Positions 1 to 9,498 of a stretch of 35,815 bases of DNA are shown piece by piece. The stretch lies in the IMG/VR virus record IMGVR_UViG_3300020044_003916, positions 1 to 35,815 of that record. One strand, given 5' to 3'. Under the pieces are notes generated by a model that saw only the letters and a program-made list of their open reading frames with translations, had not been told where the DNA came from and did no database searches. Numbering within the stretch: the first letter of the stretch is position 1; the number at the start of each line of letters is the position of its first letter. The DNA comes from a virus. Taxonomy: Duplodnaviria > Caudoviricetes. A program made the position numbers and the translations under genes.

Positions 1-127
1 AAATGGCAACAGCCGACGAATACGCAGCCTGGATCGTCAAGAATTCCGCCAAGCGCGGAACGCCTGAGTTCGACACCGTGGCGCAGGCCTACCAGCTGGC
101 CAAAAGTGAAGAAAACACGGCCACCTT
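1..127 (+). repeat. Terminal overlap copy 1 (imperfect direct repeat of 35689-35815)
   Basis: Direct comparison: 121/127 identical; differences at positions 1, 35, 47, 104, 105, 110. Confidence 0.95.
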
Positions 128-1937
128 CCAGCAGCAGAATGCACCACTGCCACAGGAACCGGGCATCGGTCAGCAACTCATTGGCGCTGGTGAAACAGCA
201 CTGACCTTGGGCACAGGCGCAGTCGGTGGCACGCTCGGCACCCTGGCCGGAACTCTCCAGGGCTTGTCCCAGCAGATCCTCTCCGGTCAGTTCGGCACGC
301 CAGAAGCCATGCGTGCAGTCGAGCAAGCCGCGGCAAAAGGCGCACAGGCGCTCACCTACCAGCCACGCACTCAAGCTGGCCAGGAACAGGTGCAAGCCGT
401 TGGTCAAGTCCTGGCCAACGTCCTTCCACCAGTCCTGCCTGCAATCGCAGCCCCAGGAGCCGTCATGCAAGCAGCACGCACCGCAGCCCCAACCGTAGGC
501 GCAGCCCGTCAAATCGGGACAGCAGCAGGCCAGCGGGCGGCTACAGCAACAGGCCAAGCCATCGCCAGGCCAGTGCAAGCGGCCACCACAGCCGTGCGCG
601 AGACCTTGGGCATGGAGACTCCAGCCGTGGCCACCACATCCCCAGCAGCAGCCGGTGCGCGTGTCTCGGGCGGTGCAGCAGCCACACCAGAGGTTTTGCG
701 ACGCACCACCACGGCGGAAAGCCTGCCAGTGCCAGTCACTCTCACCAAAGGCGCGGCCACCAGAGACGCACAGCAGTTGGCCTTTGAGAAGGAACAGATC
801 AAGAGCGATCTGGGCGGTCCCCTGCGCCAGCGTGCCGAGGAAAACAACCTGCAAGCCTTGCAGAACTTTGACGCTCTGGTCGATATGACAGACGCCCAGC
901 TCATGGACTTGTCCAGCACTGGCGGCGCTGTCGTCAAGTCTCTGACCGAAGGCCTCACAGCCGCCAAGAACAAAACCCGCGCTGCTTACAAAGCAGCCGA
1001 GAACGCTGGCGAACTGGAGAACAACGTCACCCTCAACTCGGTGGTGGACTACATCAACGAGAACATCCCGGAGGGTGACTTGGCCCCTGTCCTCAAGGCA
1101 GCACAGCAGAAGGCCATTGCAATAGGCGCAGCAGTCCCAGATGCAGACGGAAGACTGGTGGCCCAGCCCATCACTCTCAAGCAGGCCGAAAGCCTGCGCC
1201 AGACCTTCCAGCGTGCAGGCTTTGAAGGTGCAGACCAGTTCCATGGCGGAAGCCTCAAGCGTGCATTCGACGTTGAGACAGAAGGCATGGGCGGAGACCT
1301 CTACAAAAAGGCCCGTCAGACTCGCATCGATCAGGCTCGCAAATTCGAGAATCGCGCCATCGTCGCCCGCCTCATCAAGAACCGCAAAGGCATGGAAGAT
1401 CCCCAGGTCGCAGCCGACCAGGTTTTCCGCAAGTCAATCCTGAACTCGTCGCCAGAGGAAATCACATTCTTGAAGCGTGTCTTGGTCACCAGCGGAAAAG
1501 ATGGCCAGCAAGCCCTCAAAGAGCTGCAAGGGGCCACAGTGCGCCACCTCAGAGACGAGGCCACCAAGGGCATGGGCATGGACTCACAAGACCGCCCATT
1601 GATCTCACCAGCCAAGCTGCACCAATCCGTGCAAGCTCTCGATGCCAATGGCCGACTCGATGTCATCCTGGGCAAGAAGAACGCACAGATCGTGCGCGAT
1701 CTTGATGACGTGGTGCGCTACGTCACCACAGTGCCACCAGGCACGCTGGTGAACAGCTCAGGCACAGCAGGAACGCTCCTAGCAGCCATGGCAGAAGCAG
1801 GGGCAACAGGCGCACTCACAGGCCTACCATTGCCAGTGGCTTCTGGGCTGCGCCAGATCATCAAGATGCGCCAGGAAGGGCGCACCAAGGCCAGAATCAA
1901 TGAAGCCCTCAACGCATTGCCACCAGTGCAGCCTTGA
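3..1937 (+). CDS. DNA ejection/transfer protein, P22 gp16 position (644 aa)
   Basis: Third of three Ala/Gln-rich helical ORFs before the tailspike once circularised; start coupled to the previous stop (TAATG at 35689); size similar to P22 gp16. Confidence 0.7.
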   Translation: MATADEYAAWIVKNSAKRGTPEFDTVAQAYQLAKSEENTATFQQQNAPLPQEPGIGQQLIGAGETALTLGTGAVGGTLGTLAGTLQGLSQQILSGQFGTPEAMRAVEQAAAKGAQALTYQPRTQAGQEQVQAVGQVLANVLPPVLPAIAAPGAVMQAARTAAPTVGAARQIGTAAGQRAATATGQAIARPVQAATTAVRETLGMETPAVATTSPAAAGARVSGGAAATPEVLRRTTTAESLPVPVTLTKGAATRDAQQLAFEKEQIKSDLGGPLRQRAEENNLQALQNFDALVDMTDAQLMDLSSTGGAVVKSLTEGLTAAKNKTRAAYKAAENAGELENNVTLNSVVDYINENIPEGDLAPVLKAAQQKAIAIGAAVPDADGRLVAQPITLKQAESLRQTFQRAGFEGADQFHGGSLKRAFDVETEGMGGDLYKKARQTRIDQARKFENRAIVARLIKNRKGMEDPQVAADQVFRKSILNSSPEEITFLKRVLVTSGKDGQQALKELQGATVRHLRDEATKGMGMDSQDRPLISPAKLHQSVQALDANGRLDVILGKKNAQIVRDLDDVVRYVTTVPPGTLVNSSGTAGTLLAAMAEAGATGALTGLPLPVASGLRQIIKMRQEGRTKARINEALNALPPVQP

Positions 1938-1945
1938 GCGACAAT
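1917..1945 (+). promoter_or_regulatory. Putative sigma70-type promoter TTGCCA-N17-GACAAT upstream of tailspike
   Basis: -35 at 1917-1922, -10 at 1940-1945; the same pattern recurs at 23616 and 25715. Confidence 0.55.
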
Positions 1946-1968
1946 CCACCATCCAGGAGAACCCATAA

Positions 1969-4191
1969 ATGTCCGCACTCAGCATCCAGCCAACCTTCCC
2001 GATCTTCACAGAGACGAACGGCTTGCCATTGGAAAACGGTTACATCTGGATTGGCGCGGCCAACCTCGACCCCCAAGGCAATCAGATCAACGTCTATTGG
2101 GACGCTGCCCTCACTATCCCAGCAGCCCAGCCCATCCGCACGCTTAATGGCTACCCATCACGCAGTGGCACACCTGCACGTCTGTACGTTGACAGCGACT
2201 ACAGCATCAGGGTGCAGGACGGCAAGGGCAGTTTGGTTTACAGCGCACCGGCTGCGACTGAGCGGTTGAGCGATGTGGTGCTCACCGGCCTGAACGCTGC
2301 CGATGTGCAATACGACCCCGCAGGCACCGGAGCCGTCGCCACCACGGTGCAGGCCAAGCTGCGCGAAACCGTCAGCGTCAAGGACTTTGGTGCTGTTGGG
2401 GATGGGGTGGCCGATGACACGGTGGCGATACAGGCGGCTATTGACAGCCTTGCAGCTACTGGCGGCGTGGTGCATTTTCCGGCAGGTGAGTACCGCATCG
2501 CACGCAACATCGGAACAAACGATCGCTGGGGTGTCAAAGTCACCAGCAGCAACATCACCTTGAAGGGTGAACAAGCGTCTCTGCGTCGATTCAATACAGA
2601 CATCAGCACGTATGCGTTGGCATACCCTCTAGTGTTTGTCGGTGTTCCAGACAGTGACGTTGCGGCTCAGACGCAAAATGTAGTCATTGAAAATCTGAAC
2701 TTTGTTGGAGAAAACACGAGACATTCAACATCAGGTGGTGCATTATTTGATTTCAGAACAGCAATTGTTTTCAAGAATACAAACAACACCTCTGTGGCTG
2801 GTTGTTCTTTCTCTGCCGTTGACTCGTCCGCTATTTGGTATGAGCCAATTGCCGCATTCAGTTACTCAAACTCCGTTTACTACAACAAAACAAAGAACTA
2901 CAAATCGCGTGTGACAAATTGCAATTTCAGTGCAACTCCCCACGCAACGCCCGGTCGTGCGCTTTTGCATTGCATCAACGCTGATGGTCTTGATGGTTTG
3001 GTAATAGATGCAAACCAGTTTGATTGGACTGATGTTTGCTTGTCTGGTGAAACCACATACGACACGCAAGATCAAAGTGAAAATGCAACTTTCACATACG
3101 CCTCTCCAGCATCCCGCGCTGCGCTGGGCGCTGTAAAGCGTCAATCTCGGGATGTTGTGTTCTCAAACAACAACTGCGTAAACTGCTCCGAGCATCCGGC
3201 CTATCCTGCGATGGTGAATGTTGTCATCTCTGGTAACACGTTCACGACAGATACCCCCTTGATCTGCAACACTGCGCCGATCCAGATGCGGAGCCGTGGT
3301 GCGACGATTGTTGGTAACACCATCGTTGGTTATCCAATGGGCATCACTATCACCGCGCCATCTTCGCAGGTCTGTGTAAATGGCAACTCATATTACGCCA
3401 ACGATGTCAGCGATATTGATGGTGGTGCTATCAACATTTCTTCAGATGGCCTTAATGCGTATATCACTGCACGCAGCGCGTACCTAACTCATATTCCGAT
3501 GGGTGACATTACTATTGTTGGCAATGTGATTGTTGGTCCAAAAACATTTACGCCAACAGGTGTTGAATTCCAAAACGGTGTACGTTTATTGACGGGCGCT
3601 TCATCTGTTAATTATCCAGATGGTCAAGTCATCAACATTAACGTGTCAAGCAACACGTTTAATAATTGGCAGAATGGAATCAGAGTCATTCAAGACCAAT
3701 ATCGAAACATGGTCGTAAATAGTAATAATTTTACAGCCAAGTCTTTTGTTACTGCCGGATTCAGTGGCTCAACCACTATGGAGACAAGGGCTGTTGTTTT
3801 GCTAAACGGTACGACGCAGGCAGAAGCTAGAAGCATGACGTTTACCAACAACAACGTGTTTGGTGCAGAGTACCTTATTGCATCTAGGACAGGTGCTGGA
3901 ACGGCTTTGTCACTGTACCCGCCTGAACAATTCAGCAACAACAAGCTGGATTACATTCAAAACACCAAAACGGCAGATGTACGAGACTTTGATTTGCTTA
4001 CTAATTTTCGGGGCAATGTAAGTCTAGTTTATCTTGACCGATCGTTTTCTACCGCCATGTTGTTTAACGCTCTAAATTCTGGCTCCGGTTCATCTGAGCG
4101 CAAATACAACATGGAATATGTACAGCCTGGGGTAGGCCCGTCTGAGTTGCGTTTCTACACAGACGATGCTGGTACATTCATTGTGCTTTGA
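1969..4191 (+). CDS. Tailspike / beta-helix depolymerase (740 aa)
   Basis: N-terminus resembles the P22 tailspike head-binding domain (PIFTE..NGYIWIG..DP..NQI.VY); VSVKDFGAVGDGVADDTVAIQAAID pectate-lyase-3-type start; Asn-rich beta-helix repeats (ISGNTF, IVGNTI, VSSNTF); AGGAG RBS. Confidence 0.9.
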   Translation: MSALSIQPTFPIFTETNGLPLENGYIWIGAANLDPQGNQINVYWDAALTIPAAQPIRTLNGYPSRSGTPARLYVDSDYSIRVQDGKGSLVYSAPAATERLSDVVLTGLNAADVQYDPAGTGAVATTVQAKLRETVSVKDFGAVGDGVADDTVAIQAAIDSLAATGGVVHFPAGEYRIARNIGTNDRWGVKVTSSNITLKGEQASLRRFNTDISTYALAYPLVFVGVPDSDVAAQTQNVVIENLNFVGENTRHSTSGGALFDFRTAIVFKNTNNTSVAGCSFSAVDSSAIWYEPIAAFSYSNSVYYNKTKNYKSRVTNCNFSATPHATPGRALLHCINADGLDGLVIDANQFDWTDVCLSGETTYDTQDQSENATFTYASPASRAALGAVKRQSRDVVFSNNNCVNCSEHPAYPAMVNVVISGNTFTTDTPLICNTAPIQMRSRGATIVGNTIVGYPMGITITAPSSQVCVNGNSYYANDVSDIDGGAINISSDGLNAYITARSAYLTHIPMGDITIVGNVIVGPKTFTPTGVEFQNGVRLLTGASSVNYPDGQVININVSSNTFNNWQNGIRVIQDQYRNMVVNSNNFTAKSFVTAGFSGSTTMETRAVVLLNGTTQAEARSMTFTNNNVFGAEYLIASRTGAGTALSLYPPEQFSNNKLDYIQNTKTADVRDFDLLTNFRGNVSLVYLDRSFSTAMLFNALNSGSGSSERKYNMEYVQPGVGPSELRFYTDDAGTFIVL

Positions 4192-4200
4192 GGTAGTAAC

Positions 4201-5373
4201 ATGATTTCACCAAAACTAAGTTTGGACTTCACAAGTGCAATTCTCGATGCACGGGTTATGTTTACCCGCGCCGGGGCGACAGCCACCGGGATAACTAGTA
4301 CTGGCCTGATTGAACCAGTTGCTGCCGATACACCCCGGTTCGATTACACGCTGAACACAGGTGGTGTCTGCAAAGGCTTGCTGGTCGAAGAAGCAAGAAC
4401 GAACGTAATCCAGTCGTCAAATGATTTTAGCGCTGCCGGGTGGAGCGTCACCAAGATCAATGGAGGCACCAATCCAGTACGGACAGCAGCCGCAGGCATA
4501 TCACCAGACGGAACCAATAACGCTACAAAGGTGGTGTTCAACACAGCGGCGAGTGGTGATTGGTCTGTTCTTAGATACTCTGTCTCATTTAGTCCAATAC
4601 CATATTCTGGTTCGGCGTTCATTAAAGCATTTGACGCTGCTGACGTAGGCAAAACAATTGCGATACGTCATGTAGCAGCAGGTGGTTTTACAATCATTAC
4701 ATTAACAGACACTTGGCAACGAGCATTTTCTGTTGAAACTGGTTATGCAACGGCAACTGATTTTTTTCAGATTTTGACTCGCGGGGGCACGACCTCTACT
4801 GGTGCTGTTTCAATTTTGTTATACGGCGCTCAACTTGAAGCCGGGTCCGCGCCAACGAGTTACATTCCTTCTTCGGGTGGAACTGTCACCCGCAACGCCG
4901 ACGTAGCCACCATCACCGGCACGAACTTTAGCGACTTCTGGCAAGCCGCCCGTGGCGGTACATCAGTGCTTGCAATTCCTTCAACCGTGTCAAGCATTCG
5001 GCCATTGGTGCAGTTTGATGACAACACCGCCAACAACATCATTGCGCTGCGCGGCAACACGACAAACCCAGAGCTTTACATTGTTGACGGCGGCACGCCC
5101 CAAGCTCAACTTGACGCTGGAACGATTGCAGCCAACACCCCGTACAGCTTGACCGGCTGGTGGCAGACCAACGACTGCAAAGCACGCAAGGACTCAGGCG
5201 CAGTGGTCACAGACACCACGGCCACCATCCCAACGGTCACGCAGATGCGGATTGGCTCAGATGGCACCAACTACCTGAACGGCACCATTGCCACCATTGG
5301 TTACTACGACTCGTTCTTTGGCCGACCCATTTACACTCGGCGCAAGAACAAAGTCTTTCCATCACTTCTCTGA
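4201..5373 (+). CDS. Fibre/head-spike-like virion protein with probable lectin-type (LamG-like) domains (390 aa)
   Basis: Motifs FTRA..AT...PRFDY...GLLVEEARTN and YGAQLEAGSAPTSYIP..TVTRNAD recur in phage fibre/spike proteins; directly follows the tailspike. Confidence 0.6.
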   Translation: MISPKLSLDFTSAILDARVMFTRAGATATGITSTGLIEPVAADTPRFDYTLNTGGVCKGLLVEEARTNVIQSSNDFSAAGWSVTKINGGTNPVRTAAAGISPDGTNNATKVVFNTAASGDWSVLRYSVSFSPIPYSGSAFIKAFDAADVGKTIAIRHVAAGGFTIITLTDTWQRAFSVETGYATATDFFQILTRGGTTSTGAVSILLYGAQLEAGSAPTSYIPSSGGTVTRNADVATITGTNFSDFWQAARGGTSVLAIPSTVSSIRPLVQFDDNTANNIIALRGNTTNPELYIVDGGTPQAQLDAGTIAANTPYSLTGWWQTNDCKARKDSGAVVTDTTATIPTVTQMRIGSDGTNYLNGTIATIGYYDSFFGRPIYTRRKNKVFPSLL

Positions 5374-5384
5374 AAGGTTGAATC

Positions 5385-5738
5385 ATGTCCACTAACTCGC
5401 AAATCGCATTTACACCCCTTGGCAAGACAATTGCCGTTGCTGCCGCTGGCACTGCACCTACAGGCGTGCAAGCTCCAGTCTCGGAGAAGTTCAATCCTCA
5501 GAACGCTGGTCAATACCGCTTCGTGAACGCAGGCACGAACACCGTGTTTTTGGGCACTGGTCCAACAGCAGCACTGGCCCAGGCTGCTTCGGTGGCTCCA
5601 GTCGCCGGTACGCCTTCAGATGCTATCGCTCTACTTCCAGGCGCCACTGAGATCCTGCGCTTCAACAAGGACACCTTCTTCAGCGGTCTGGCTTCTAGCG
5701 CGACCACGGTCTACGTCACGCCCGGCCAGGGGATTTGA
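5385..5738 (+). CDS. Small beta-rich virion protein (117 aa), possible spike base/decoration
   Basis: GAAAGG RBS; Ala/Thr/Gly-rich beta-strand pattern; position after the fibre gene. Confidence 0.55.
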   Translation: MSTNSQIAFTPLGKTIAVAAAGTAPTGVQAPVSEKFNPQNAGQYRFVNAGTNTVFLGTGPTAALAQAASVAPVAGTPSDAIALLPGATEILRFNKDTFFSGLASSATTVYVTPGQGI

Positions 5739-5965
5739 TGACCTTACTGCCACCGACCGACAAAATGGCCCACTTCATTGTTGGCGTTCTGATCTATGCT
5801 GCTCTGCACTTTGTTGGCATCGGATTTGCTCTTCTGATGGTTGTCATCGCGGCCATCGGGAAAGAGGTCTACGACTACTTTAATCGTGCCAAGCACACTC
5901 CAGAGTTCATGGACGCCTTTGCCACCATCCTTGGTGGTTGTGTTGGCCTCGTGTGCACTCTGTAA
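5735..5965 (+). CDS. Small membrane protein, VanZ/YfiM-like motifs (76 aa)
   Basis: DKMAHF...GKEVYD...DAFAT..G pattern with hydrophobic helices; overlaps the previous stop. Confidence 0.6.
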   Translation: MMTLLPPTDKMAHFIVGVLIYAALHFVGIGFALLMVVIAAIGKEVYDYFNRAKHTPEFMDAFATILGGCVGLVCTL

Positions 5966-5997
5966 TACGTTAACCTCACGGCCTTCTCGGGGCACAA

Positions 5998-6432
5998 ATG
6001 GAACACCAAATGACAGGAACGGAAACAGCCGCAGCAGGCGGATGGCTGATCGGTAAATTGGCACCAGCCATTGGTGGACTTTTTGGTGGCCTGTCGCTTG
6101 CCATGTTTTGGACCCCAGAGAAACTTCGCGAGAAGGGCAAGGTCGCCAGCGTGTTCATTGCAGGAGGCATATCCGCGATGGCAGGCTTCAGCTTCACCGG
6201 TGTGGTGGCTACCTGGCTTGGCATCCCCAGCGACAAGCTGGACATGGTGATCGGCTTGGCTTGGCTCCTTGGCCTGTCTTCCATTGCCATCATGAACTGG
6301 ATCGCCAACTACATGGCTAGGCGTGAGCACATGGACATTGGCGAAGTGGCCGAGGAAATCAGCAAGACACGCCAGCGCTTGCAAAACAACACACCACGCA
6401 AACGCGCTCCATCAAAGCGCAAACTGCCATGA
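5998..6432 (+). CDS. Holin-like membrane protein (about 3 TM; start may be 6010)
   Basis: Three hydrophobic segments and a highly basic C-terminus; within the lysis cluster. Confidence 0.6.
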   Translation: MEHQMTGTETAAAGGWLIGKLAPAIGGLFGGLSLAMFWTPEKLREKGKVASVFIAGGISAMAGFSFTGVVATWLGIPSDKLDMVIGLAWLLGLSSIAIMNWIANYMARREHMDIGEVAEEISKTRQRLQNNTPRKRAPSKRKLP

Positions 6433-6722
6433 ATATTGCAGGGTGGTTGCTTGCTGTCCTAATCATCGAGTCGGTGGCCATCGTCTTGGTTGCCTTTTTG
6501 TTGTTTTCCGGATTCTTTGACGGAATGCGAGTCATGGCCAAGATTGGCATCTGGCTTATGACCACTGGCCTCATGGTCCAGATCATGCGCAGCCTGTACT
6601 ACTTCGATGTGGGCAGCTACCCAGTCGATACCATTTTTCCGCTTTGGATTGCCAAAGATATCGGAGCATCAATCCTTATCTTTGATCTCTTTCTGCTCTA
6701 CATCAAAAATAGGAGTAAATGA
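6429..6722 (+). CDS. Membrane protein (97 aa, about 3 TM)
   Basis: Hydrophobic; ATGA coupling at both ends. Confidence 0.65.
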   Translation: MNIAGWLLAVLIIESVAIVLVAFLLFSGFFDGMRVMAKIGIWLMTTGLMVQIMRSLYYFDVGSYPVDTIFPLWIAKDIGASILIFDLFLLYIKNRSK

Positions 6723-7132
6723 TGTTCCCACTCACCGCACTCCTTGAAGTCGGCGGCAAGCTGATCGACAAGCTGATCCCAGATCCAGAGGCCAAAGCCA
6801 AGGCGCAACTCGACTTGGCAAAAATGGCCCAAGACGGTGAACTGGCAAAAATGGCAAATGACACCAAGCTGTTTGAAACCGAGCAGAACAACCTGACAGA
6901 CCGCCTCAAGGCAGACATGGGGTCTGATTCTTGGCTGTCCAAGAACATCAGGCCAATGACGCTGATATACATTCTGGTGGCCTACTTGGTGCTGGCACTG
7001 CTGGACGCCTCAGTCTTGGACATTGCCGATGCGTTTGTTGAACTGCTCGGCCAATGGGGAATGCTGGTCATGTCGTTTTATTTCGGGGGCCGTACTCTTG
7101 AGAAAATCATGGATATGAAGGCCAAAAAATGA
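6719..7132 (+). CDS. 3TM (GTA-type) holin family protein
   Basis: GGKLIDKLIPDPEAKAKAQL...SWLSKNIRP...FYFGGRTLEK signature; immediately upstream of the endolysin. Confidence 0.8.
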   Translation: MMFPLTALLEVGGKLIDKLIPDPEAKAKAQLDLAKMAQDGELAKMANDTKLFETEQNNLTDRLKADMGSDSWLSKNIRPMTLIYILVAYLVLALLDASVLDIADAFVELLGQWGMLVMSFYFGGRTLEKIMDMKAKK

Positions 7133-7584
7133 ACATCACGCCGCACTTCACCCTTGAAGAACTGACTGTGTCCGAGACTGCCGAGCGCAATGGTTGGGAC
7201 AACAACCCCAATGGATACGAGCGTGAAAACCTTGCACGACTGGCCGATCTGCTGGAGCAGGTCAAGGTGGTGCTGGGCGGCAAGCCCATCATGATCAACA
7301 GCGCCTTCAGGTCCAAGCAGGTCAACGATGCCGTGGGCAGCAAGGACACCAGTCAGCACCGCATCGGCTGCGCGGCCGACATTCGCGTGCCAGGCATGAC
7401 GCCAGACCAGGTGGTGCGCAAGATTATTGCCAGCGGCATCAACTTTGACCAGATTTTGAGGGAATTTTCAGATCCAATTAATGGTGGCGGATGGACGCAC
7501 ATATCAGTGCCCAATACAGAATCAACGCCTTCAAGAAGACAAGCGTTGATTGTTGATGGGCTCGGAACTCGTCAATTTGCGTAA
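7129..7584 (+). CDS. Endolysin, peptidase M15 family (151 aa)
   Basis: HFTLEEL start, INSAFRS, SQH..G.AAD and WTHIS zinc-ligand motifs. Confidence 0.9.
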   Translation: MNITPHFTLEELTVSETAERNGWDNNPNGYERENLARLADLLEQVKVVLGGKPIMINSAFRSKQVNDAVGSKDTSQHRIGCAADIRVPGMTPDQVVRKIIASGINFDQILREFSDPINGGGWTHISVPNTESTPSRRQALIVDGLGTRQFA

Positions 7585-8069
7585 AACCACGCATAGCCTT
7601 TGTGGTGCGTTCTTTTTCCAGAAAGAACTAATTGAATGCATCCCTGATTAAATCCTTGTCGCGCAGCATCTGCTTGGGAATAAAAATGCAACTTTTCACC
7701 TGATGTTAGGTGTACACCATATACAGCTACGTTTGACTTGCAATCAATCCCACGTCTTCTGACAATCAATCCTGTTTCATTGGCATGCCTCATGTTTTCC
7801 AAGTGAGTGCATGCCTCTAAGTTTGCAAGACGATTGTCAGTCTTAATACCATTCTTGTGGTTTATTTCAAATCCTGCTGGTATCTTGCCAATATGTGTGG
7901 AATAAACTAGCCTATGAGATCTAAATGTAAATTGTTTTGCATCTTTGTATAAACGCACATGCAAATAGCCTTTTTTACTCTTAACTAGCTTTAAAAGTTT
8001 TCCGTTTCTTGAAAACTCACCTAGTTGTGAGCACAAATAATTTTCAAAGCCTTGTATTGGTTTCCACAT
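7572..8069 (-). CDS. Free-standing HNH homing endonuclease (NUMOD4-like N-terminus, HNH, NUMOD1-like C-terminus); ORF is open to 8093
   Basis: WKPIQGFENY, HRLVY..H, INHKNGIKTDNRLANLE, EN..HA, HKGYAW; AT-rich relative to the genome. Confidence 0.9.
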   Translation of the reverse strand: MWKPIQGFENYLCSQLGEFSRNGKLLKLVKSKKGYLHVRLYKDAKQFTFRSHRLVYSTHIGKIPAGFEINHKNGIKTDNRLANLEACTHLENMRHANETGLIVRRRGIDCKSNVAVYGVHLTSGEKLHFYSQADAARQGFNQGCIQLVLSGKRTHHKGYAWFYAN

Positions 8070-8105
8070 ATAACCCCATTCTTGGTTATGCATTCAATGA
8101 AGATT

Positions 8106-8153
8106 GTGGCAGGCAGTGAATGATTCTGCTTTTCCCCCGCTAAAGGTAGCCAC
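8106..8153 (-). ncRNA. Putative three-way-junction leader RNA, copy A
   Basis: GUGGC-UA-[CCUU UAGC GGGG]-GAAAA-[GCAG..CUGC]-CU-GCCAC; same architecture as 15052-15116. Confidence 0.6.
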
Positions 8154-8159
8154 GTTTTC

Positions 8160-8168
8160 ATTATAGCA
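8160..8168 (-). promoter_or_regulatory. Extended -10 promoter (TGCTATAAT) for the HNH leader
   Basis: Perfect TGnTATAAT on the minus strand, 6 nt before the structured element; no good -35. Confidence 0.6.
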
Positions 8169-8173
8169 TTCCC

Positions 8174-8620
8174 TTAAACGAAGCCGCGCAGATTTGGCGG
8201 CGTCCATCCATCGGGCTTCATGATCTTGCCGCCAGGCGCGATGATTGCCTTGCCGTCCACCAGCTTGGCATCATTGGAATCCAGCACGGCCAAATCGGCG
8301 GCATCCTTATCGAACCCAGCCAGATACGCCACGCCATTGCCCGTGACCTCGCTATCGCAAAGCGCATCCAGGGCATCAACGCGCAGGTGAACGGGGATGT
8401 AAACCGATTGCTCGCGTCGCTTGAGCTTCGATGCAAACCAAGTCAAATCCAGGCGCGTCCGGTCAAGCAGCTTGGCGTATCCCTCGCTGTCGGTGCGCAG
8501 ACATTCCAGCAGTTCGCAGAATTCCTCGATGTGCACACCAACCTGTGTCGAAACGTTTTCCGGGCTTGGCTCTTTTCCGCAAGCCTTCAGCCATGCCGCC
8601 GTGCGTTGAAAGTTGGTCAT
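8174..8620 (-). CDS. MazG-like all-alpha NTP pyrophosphohydrolase
   Basis: EEFCE...DALCD acidic motif, SN.AK, GKIMKPDGW.PP.L C-terminal motif. Confidence 0.8.
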   Translation of the reverse strand: MTNFQRTAAWLKACGKEPSPENVSTQVGVHIEEFCELLECLRTDSEGYAKLLDRTRLDLTWFASKLKRREQSVYIPVHLRVDALDALCDSEVTGNGVAYLAGFDKDAADLAVLDSNDAKLVDGKAIIAPGGKIMKPDGWTPPNLRGFV

Positions 8621-9486
8621 GCCTCACCCCCGAGCGCCTTTATTAACGAATCCACCAGCGGCCCAAACGTGCCCGTGAAAATCGCCACATCCGCATCGAA
8701 CGCATCTTCTTCGCGCTCGCCTGCGCCAGCATCCAGCAGGTTAATCTTTTTGATGCGCATGGAGTCCGTCAGCATGAATTCCGCCTGACCATCCCATTCA
8801 AGCCTAAGCGCCGTTGGCAACTTGCCTTCGCGCACATGGTTTCGCACTTCGTCGCAGTCCAGATTGTGGTGCGTGAATTTGACCTTGGCGCAGTCTTCGC
8901 CTATCGACTCGAGCAGGCAATCTCGGCCAATGCTGAAGCCGTAGGGCACTTCGTCATGATCACCCAGCAGCCAATCCGTCATGGCGCCTTGCGGGCTTTG
9001 CGTGGCCGTCACCAGGTAGAGCTTCATCGCAGGCATGGCCGCCAGAATCGCGCCCACAAAGTCGTCAGCGCGTGAGTTGCTGGCCGTGTCCACCACCATC
9101 AAGCCATCGGCCCGCAGCCAGGCCAAGACAGCGGTTTGCTTTGGGAATGCTTGGGGCAGCAGGGCAAGGCGGGCATCTTCTTTGATTTCGCGGATTTCCT
9201 TTTTGCCGGGCTTGCGGCCCTGGGTTTGCTCAATCTCATAAATGCGGTTTTCCACCTCATCGCGCAGGACTTTGCCGGGCACAGACTTGGTTTCGATCAT
9301 CAGTTTGACGATGCGCTCGCCATTGACAACCTCAATCATCGGCCCGTGGTTATGGCCGCGCGGCTCGATCCAGCCAACGGATTTCTCCTGCAAATCCCCG
9401 CAGGGAACAAAGGCGGGAAAGTCCGCGCTGTCGGGCGTCAAGGTTGATTCGATTTGGTATCGGTAAAGGGTGGCGTTTTTGAACAT
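8617..9486 (-). CDS. rdgC: Recombination-associated protein RdgC
   Basis: MFKNATLYR start, F.PCG....SVGW, GRKPGKKE..EIKED....LLPQAF, FDAD near the C-terminus. Confidence 0.9.
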   Translation of the reverse strand: MFKNATLYRYQIESTLTPDSADFPAFVPCGDLQEKSVGWIEPRGHNHGPMIEVVNGERIVKLMIETKSVPGKVLRDEVENRIYEIEQTQGRKPGKKEIREIKEDARLALLPQAFPKQTAVLAWLRADGLMVVDTASNSRADDFVGAILAAMPAMKLYLVTATQSPQGAMTDWLLGDHDEVPYGFSIGRDCLLESIGEDCAKVKFTHHNLDCDEVRNHVREGKLPTALRLEWDGQAEFMLTDSMRIKKINLLDAGAGEREEDAFDADVAIFTGTFGPLVDSLIKALGGEA

Positions 9487-9498
9487 GGTTTCTCCGGT

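Noticed and set aside
1-127. Possible diversity-generating retroelement TR/VR pair (A-to-G differences between terminal copies)
   Set aside because: No reverse transcriptase in the genome; differences include C/T and are mostly synonymous; located at a gene 5' end and at contig ends
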